Position numbers and translations under genes: made by a program
In this document: positions 58,775-64,000 of the stretch, in pieces
Position numbering within the stretch: the first letter of the stretch is position 1
How the letters are laid out: each line of letters opens with the position of its first letter
The notes under the pieces: generated by a model
Database searches by the model: none
Told to the model about the DNA's origin: nothing
The model's input: the letters and a program-made list of their open reading frames with translations, nothing else
Assembly: GCA_002717625.1 (NCBI GenBank)
Contig: PBEF01000023.1
Coordinates: 42,103 to 106,102, forward strand
DNA length: 64,000 nt
Reading direction: 5' to 3'
From: Fidelibacterota bacterium
GTDB taxonomy: Bacteria > Fidelibacterota > Marinisomatia > SCGC-AAA003-L08 > D37C17

Positions 58775-60774
58775 TTAAACTTATATTATCTATATTAATG
58801 TTTACTTTATCGCATACTGCTCTGATTAAGCCTTATAATGATTCTTATTTAACATATATTTATATTCCTTTTCAATGGGAGCAAGAAGCTGATGCGATTA
58901 GCTATAACCTTCAAGTGTCAACAGATGAATATTTTATAAATACTTTAGTCGATATTGAAGAATCTACAACTTCTTATATTGAAGAACAGTTAATTGATTG
59001 GTCTCAAAATTATTATTGGAGGATAAGACCTCTGTATAGTGATGATGATTTTGGAGATTGGTCTGAAATTTTCACCTTTTCCACAGGAGAAAAACAATTC
59101 CCTGATATAGATGCTGAAATTTATAATGAAGATTTCATACAAGAGGGCCTTGTGGCTTTTGGTGGATTTGCTCCAAACCTTGCTTCAGCTGTTATCGATA
59201 AATATGGAAATGAAATATGGAATTCTGGTGAGCCTGGTAGTTTTGATTTTATGATTAATCATATTAATAAGTTTGGAAATATTTATGGCTTGAGTGTTTA
59301 TAATTATCCATATAATACTGGAACTAAAATTAATTATGATATTGATTTTCTTTGGAGTACCCAAGGAGATCTTAATTCTGATGGAGAAATAGATCTAGAG
59401 GGAAATGAGGATGCAATTGATATTCATGAATTCAAACAAATTCCTAATGGAAATTATATGGCTTTTGTCCCAGACTATCAACTTGGTCCTATAGCTTTAG
59501 GTCCATGGAGTTTTATATATCAATCAATAGGGTATCAGGCTGATGGTGTTACCGAAGAATATCCCTGGATAGGAATGAGACTAGTTGAGTGGGACAAGGA
59601 TGGGAATCAAATTTGGAATTGGGATCCTTTCGAACATTTTACTATGGATGATTGCGATTTATATGGTGGAATATGGTGGAATATAGATGCTGGAAGACAT
59701 GATTGGATGCATTCAAATGCATTTCATTTTGATGAAGAAGAAAGCGTTATTTATGTATCACACAGGCATCTTTCTAGAATAAGCAAGATTGCTTATCCAT
59801 CAGGAGATGTTATATGGAATATAGGTATGCCGGAACAGTATAACACTGGTAATGATAATATTTGTACTGAACTAGGTAACAGCTTTCAACATAATATCCA
59901 ATTATTAGATGATGGAAGCCTTTTATTTTTTGATAATGGAAATTTGAGCCAAATGTTATTAGGTGATGCTAGTCCAACCTCTAGAATTAGAAGAATTAGA
60001 GTTATTGATAATTCTTATTGTGAAACAGAATGGGAATATGAGTTGCCTCCTAATTTATTTGGCCTAGGTATGGGTAGTGTTCAATTACTTGAAAATGGAA
60101 ATTACTTAATTTATACTTTTGGAAGTGGCATGAATCAAGGAGAGCCTACACTTAGAGAAATTACTCCTGATTATGAAGTTGTTTGGAATTATCAGGGGAT
60201 AAATTATGCTGCTTGGTATAGAACTTATAAAATTCCTTCAATGCATCCAGACGTATTTAGTGTTATTGCAAATGATTTTACTTCATTATCATTAGATGAA
60301 GATATCTTTAATCAAGAACCAGCTATTGAAACATTTAATAATCAAATACGATTTTCTATTTATAATAAAAGCGCTTATAGTCAGCATTATAAATATATAT
60401 TATCTGATTTAGTTGACGGTGTTGCGCAGATGTTTTTATATCAAGAGGGCGATATAATAATTGAGCCTTATGGAACTGAAATATTGACATTTGATATTTA
60501 TAATAATCAAGTAGGATCAACTATAGCTAATTTGTCTATTTGGCCAACATATCATGAGCATGCGATTAAAGAACTTGACTTCAACGTATTGAATGTAAAT
60601 TCCCTAACTGGAGATATTAACTTAGATGGACATATAGATGTTGTAGATATTGTGACTTTAATAAATTTTATACTTGATGAAAATAATTACAATGAATCAT
60701 TTGATATCAATCAAGATCAGAGTATTAATATTTTAGATATTGTTGTTTTAGTCAATATAATACTTACCTTCTAA
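58771..60774 (+). CDS. secreted arylsulfotransferase (ASST)-like beta-propeller protein with C-terminal dockerin-type module
   Basis: It has a signal-like N-terminus and an FN3-like region (F.WE....AISYNLQVS...YYWRIRP). An ASST-like core follows (DWMHSNAFHFDEEESVIYVSHRHLSRISKI, FQHN, FFDNGN, ENGNYLI). A dockerin tail closes the protein. Confidence 0.5.
   Translation: MIKLILSILMFTLSHTALIKPYNDSYLTYIYIPFQWEQEADAISYNLQVSTDEYFINTLVDIEESTTSYIEEQLIDWSQNYYWRIRPLYSDDDFGDWSEIFTFSTGEKQFPDIDAEIYNEDFIQEGLVAFGGFAPNLASAVIDKYGNEIWNSGEPGSFDFMINHINKFGNIYGLSVYNYPYNTGTKINYDIDFLWSTQGDLNSDGEIDLEGNEDAIDIHEFKQIPNGNYMAFVPDYQLGPIALGPWSFIYQSIGYQADGVTEEYPWIGMRLVEWDKDGNQIWNWDPFEHFTMDDCDLYGGIWWNIDAGRHDWMHSNAFHFDEEESVIYVSHRHLSRISKIAYPSGDVIWNIGMPEQYNTGNDNICTELGNSFQHNIQLLDDGSLLFFDNGNLSQMLLGDASPTSRIRRIRVIDNSYCETEWEYELPPNLFGLGMGSVQLLENGNYLIYTFGSGMNQGEPTLREITPDYEVVWNYQGINYAAWYRTYKIPSMHPDVFSVIANDFTSLSLDEDIFNQEPAIETFNNQIRFSIYNKSAYSQHYKYILSDLVDGVAQMFLYQEGDIIIEPYGTEILTFDIYNNQVGSTIANLSIWPTYHEHAIKELDFNVLNVNSLTGDINLDGHIDVVDIVTLINFILDENNYNESFDINQDQSINILDIVVLVNIILTF
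60610..60771 (+). other. dockerin-type module
   Basis: The repeats are GDINLDGHIDVVDIVTLINFIL and FDINQDQSINILDIVVLVNIIL, separated by an 8-residue linker. They lie at the extreme C-terminus. Confidence 0.6.
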
Positions 60775-62075
60775 TTTTTCTTTATCAACAAACACATTAA
60801 TAAACTTGATAAAATACCTGGGTACATTAAATCTATCCCATATGGATATTTTAAATATATCCATATTATTGATATCATTATTGGTATAGTTAATGATAAA
60901 ATGGGAAATTTCAAGACACTTTTTTTATTAAATAGCATTAACAAGAATGGTATTAATATTGAAGAGGCTGCAATCGATCCAAATATATACCAGACATCTA
61001 TAACAAATTCAAATTTAATAGCAATAAGATAAGATATTAAACCTGTTAATATAATCCCTATTTTAGTATTTTTTTGTGATACTTTTTCCCCAATTAAATC
61101 ATTCCCGATTGTTATTGATGAAATAAAAAAGAAACTATCTATTGTAGACATTACAATCGATAGAATCCCTATGTAGAAAATATTTTTTAATATATATGGT
61201 AAATATAAGTCTGCTAGTAATAAATAGGGGTTTGTATTTAATATCATATCTGAAGATTTAATTATTGCAGATGCATAAATGCCAACAGATATTGTTAAAA
61301 AATCAAAAATAAACCAAAGTAGAATAGAAATGATAAATCCCTTTTTTATTACAGTTGTATTTTGACTTGAATATGTTCTCTGAAATAAGGAAGGGTCAAT
61401 GAATGTTATCATAGATATTAATGACCAAGATAAAATATAGCCAATAGGTAGGCTACCTGTTAATGTTAAATTTTCTTTTGGAACATTTTGTTTTATATAT
61501 TCAAAACCTCCAAATTCACAGTATAGATATAGCAGCATACAGAAAAACCCAAAATACATAAATATAAACTGAATCAAGTCTGTTCTAATGATGGCTTTAA
61601 ATCCTCCAGAATATATATAAACTGCAGAAAAAACTATACCAAAGATAAGAGCAATATTGAAATTTATATTAAATATATGCACTAGAATTGTGCTTAATAT
61701 CATTAAATATGGAGCAGGGGATGAAAGTAGCACTAAAATTATGGATGTGATTTTTTGTGGAACGACACCATATGTTTGTTTAAAGTATTCAGGTATTGAA
61801 TGAATATTGTTCTTGTGTAATTTAGGTCCTATATATAAAGCGAATATAATTGCTGATATATAATAGAAAAAACCAAAAATAATCCATGTTACAGCTCCAT
61901 TGATATAGCTAAATCTTCCAATTTCTAATATTCCTCCATACCATGTAGTCACAATCGTTGCTATAAAAGATGGAAGCGTTAACTTTCTTGATAAGTAAAG
62001 ATATTCATTTTCATTCTTTTTATTGCTTCTGTATAGCCCTAGAATGAGTATTATGATAAAATAGGCGTATATCAA
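60771..62075 (-). CDS. sodium:solute symporter family transporter
   Basis: It is a 434-aa polytopic membrane protein. The SSF-like N-terminal region is LSRKLTLPSFIATIVTTWYGGILEIG. The substrate is unknown. Confidence 0.65.
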   Translation of the reverse strand: MIYAYFIIILILGLYRSNKKNENEYLYLSRKLTLPSFIATIVTTWYGGILEIGRFSYINGAVTWIIFGFFYYISAIIFALYIGPKLHKNNIHSIPEYFKQTYGVVPQKITSIILVLLSSPAPYLMILSTILVHIFNINFNIALIFGIVFSAVYIYSGGFKAIIRTDLIQFIFMYFGFFCMLLYLYCEFGGFEYIKQNVPKENLTLTGSLPIGYILSWSLISMITFIDPSLFQRTYSSQNTTVIKKGFIISILLWFIFDFLTISVGIYASAIIKSSDMILNTNPYLLLADLYLPYILKNIFYIGILSIVMSTIDSFFFISSITIGNDLIGEKVSQKNTKIGIILTGLISYLIAIKFEFVIDVWYIFGSIAASSILIPFLLMLFNKKSVLKFPILSLTIPIMISIIWIYLKYPYGIDLMYPGILSSLLMCLLIKKN

Positions 62076-64000
62076 TTTTTAATATTGAAATTAACTGTTA
62101 TGCCTATGCTTCTTAAATCTCCAAAAGATTGATAGCTTTTAATCGTATATGTTGGGTCTAATACAAATGAATAGCCTCTTATAGCATATTTTTTATTAGT
62201 TATATTTTTCACCCATAAGCTTATTGTAGAATTTTTATAATTATACTTTAGAGACATATTTATCAGATTATATGGTTTTGATTTAATATTATTCTGTTCT
62301 TCAAAATAAAATTCACCAACATAGTTAGATTCAGCATTTAAACTAAGCCCAGTAATATATTTAGAAAAATCATAAGATAATGTGCTTGTATACTTTTGAT
62401 TTGGAGAATGTGATAGTTCTCTATCACCATATAAATTGTTTTGATATTCAAATCCAGATACAAGGGTTTTTAAGATAGATATGGATTGTGAAAGTGTTAA
62501 AAATTTTGATAGACTGGCTGTAATTTCAATTTCCATTCCATAGTGATAGGCGGATTTAGCATTATAAGTAGCATAGTCAAAGCTCGTTGGATCATTTGTG
62601 TATTGATGAGATAAACGCAATTGGGGATTGATTCTTTCCATATAAAAGGAAGATAGTTTTAACTTATATTTTTTTGAATTATAATTTAATCCTAGCTCTA
62701 AGTTGTTGCATGATTCAGTATCATAAATTCTAAAACTCTCATCAAAATCAGGATATTGAGTTTGATTTATGCCTGATGTCTTATAACCCCTGGATATATA
62801 AGCATTAAGTATTAATGATTTGTTGTATTGATAATTTATTTTGATATTACCACCAATAAGATTTTTATCTTTTATTTGATTTTGATATTCATCTTGTAGA
62901 ATATTATAATAACTATCGTAATAGTTATATTTTAAATCTTGCTTTGTATGATTCACATCAAATCTTAAAGTTGAAGATATTAATAATGAATTTGTGATAG
63001 GATAAGATATTTGAGTATACAAAGCATAGTTTGTTATATCAAAAATTGAATTAATATTTGTAGCTGCTCCTGCAAACAACCAACCATCTCTTTTATCATG
63101 TTCCTTTATTTGAGAATAATATAATCCTGATGTTAAAATTGCATTACCTCTCAAATTATATTTTACTCTAAGCTCTTGAGAATATGATTCACGAATTCTG
63201 TTTGTAACATCTGTAAATGCATAAGGATAATAATTATCTGGACACATCAAGTATCCCTGGTAAGCATTATTGCATGCCTCATCATCAAAATAAATCGGAC
63301 TATTTTCATAATAATCATATTCTTCTTCCCAATAATTTAAATTTCCCCAATCTCCATCATATGAGTACAATATTTTGTTGTATGAATAAGTTGTAATTAA
63401 TTCAAGAATACTATTGTTAAGTTTGTAGTCTGATTTGATAGATAAAGCTTTAGTATTCTGTTTATCAAGGCCTTGAAAATCTGAAAATGTTGTAAATCCA
63501 TTATTGTCAGGTGTCCAAACATCATACTTGTTATTTAAGTTTACAAAGTATGTTGTAAATAGAATTGATGAATATTTATTTGGAGTATATAAAAATTTCA
63601 TTCTAAATAAAGATTCATCTTTTGAGTTGGTGTCTGATTGATTTTTATTTGATATATTATTAATAAATCCATCTGTGTAATTTTGTGATAAAGTGAATCT
63701 ATATAATACTTTATTAGTAAGTTTTAATGATGAAGATGCTGTGTAACTATAACTATTATTTGAATATATACTACTACTTATATTTAAATTTTTATCTTTA
63801 CTAGGATCATTACTTATAAAATTAATAACTCCAGCCATAGCATTAGGCCCATATGAAGAAGATTGAGGTCCTTTGAATATTTCTATTTGTTTCATATCAT
63901 CTAATATTCCAATCATTCCTATACCTGAAAAATCAATATTATCAATAATGCAACCTACATAAAAGTGAGGAGCTCCCTCTCCAGAAAATTGGCTTAGTTC
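62072..64000 (-). CDS. TonB-dependent receptor (N-terminal plug partly outside window)
   Basis: The reading frame stays open upstream of the listed Met to the window edge (...ELSQFSGEGAPHFYVGCIIDNIDFSGIG-MIGILDDMKQIEIFKGPQSSSYGPNAMAGVINFIS). The remainder is rich in beta-barrel-type alternating Y/S/N strands. Confidence 0.85.
   Translation of the reverse strand, partial: ELSQFSGEGAPHFYVGCIIDNIDFSGIGMIGILDDMKQIEIFKGPQSSSYGPNAMAGVINFISNDPSKDKNLNISSSIYSNNSYSYTASSSLKLTNKVLYRFTLSQNYTDGFINNISNKNQSDTNSKDESLFRMKFLYTPNKYSSILFTTYFVNLNNKYDVWTPDNNGFTTFSDFQGLDKQNTKALSIKSDYKLNNSILELITTYSYNKILYSYDGDWGNLNYWEEEYDYYENSPIYFDDEACNNAYQGYLMCPDNYYPYAFTDVTNRIRESYSQELRVKYNLRGNAILTSGLYYSQIKEHDKRDGWLFAGAATNINSIFDITNYALYTQISYPITNSLLISSTLRFDVNHTKQDLKYNYYDSYYNILQDEYQNQIKDKNLIGGNIKINYQYNKSLILNAYISRGYKTSGINQTQYPDFDESFRIYDTESCNNLELGLNYNSKKYKLKLSSFYMERINPQLRLSHQYTNDPTSFDYATYNAKSAYHYGMEIEITASLSKFLTLSQSISILKTLVSGFEYQNNLYGDRELSHSPNQKYTSTLSYDFSKYITGLSLNAESNYVGEFYFEEQNNIKSKPYNLINMSLKYNYKNSTISLWVKNITNKKYAIRGYSFVLDPTYTIKSYQSFGDLRSIGITVNFNIKN

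Overview
This is a strongly AT-rich, very gene-dense chromosomal segment. I count about 57 protein-coding genes. There is almost no intergenic DNA, and many same-strand overlaps of 1 to 23 nt.

Most genes are core housekeeping:
- Riboflavin operon (ribE fragment, ribBA, ribH), ispG, dut, groES-groEL, smpB.
- tyrS, trpS, serS, rluB-like, cmk-rpsA, tsaD.
- plsC, an MltD-like transglycosylase, HU, xseA-xseB, nadK.
- parE-parC, purL, mdh, suhB, yhbY, ilvC.

Three accessory themes are interspersed:
1. Six predicted exported proteins carry one of two unrelated C-terminal modules. Two have T9SS-type C-terminal domains (CTDs), plus one amputated remnant. Four have dockerin-type double EF-hand modules. 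No cohesin or T9SS machinery gene is in view.
2. A dTDP-rhamnose cluster (rfbB-rfbA-[two PAPS-type sulfotransferases]-rfbC) converges on gmd.
3. Uptake and catabolism genes: an OPT oligopeptide transporter, an alanine/cation symporter, an SSF symporter, a partial TonB-dependent receptor, an S51 peptidase and a tryptophanase-family lyase.

Two probable genes missed by the ORF track are proposed:
- A 29-aa bS22/AURKAIP1-like basic peptide at 32080-32169.
- A 56-aa membrane peptide at 4495-4665 on the minus strand.

I saw no rRNA, tRNA, CRISPR array, transposase, integrase, prophage or recognisable defence operon. The T9SS-type CTDs suggest an FCB-superphylum bacterium, possibly an uncultured marine lineage. 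That placement is inference only.

The best candidate for something undescribed is the dockerin-tagged exoprotein set with an unknown docking partner. The sulfotransferase-bearing rhamnose operon and a small AbrB-like/B3-like protein coupled to the tryptophanase gene come next. None of these is demonstrated. All calls rest on motif recognition by eye, with no database search.
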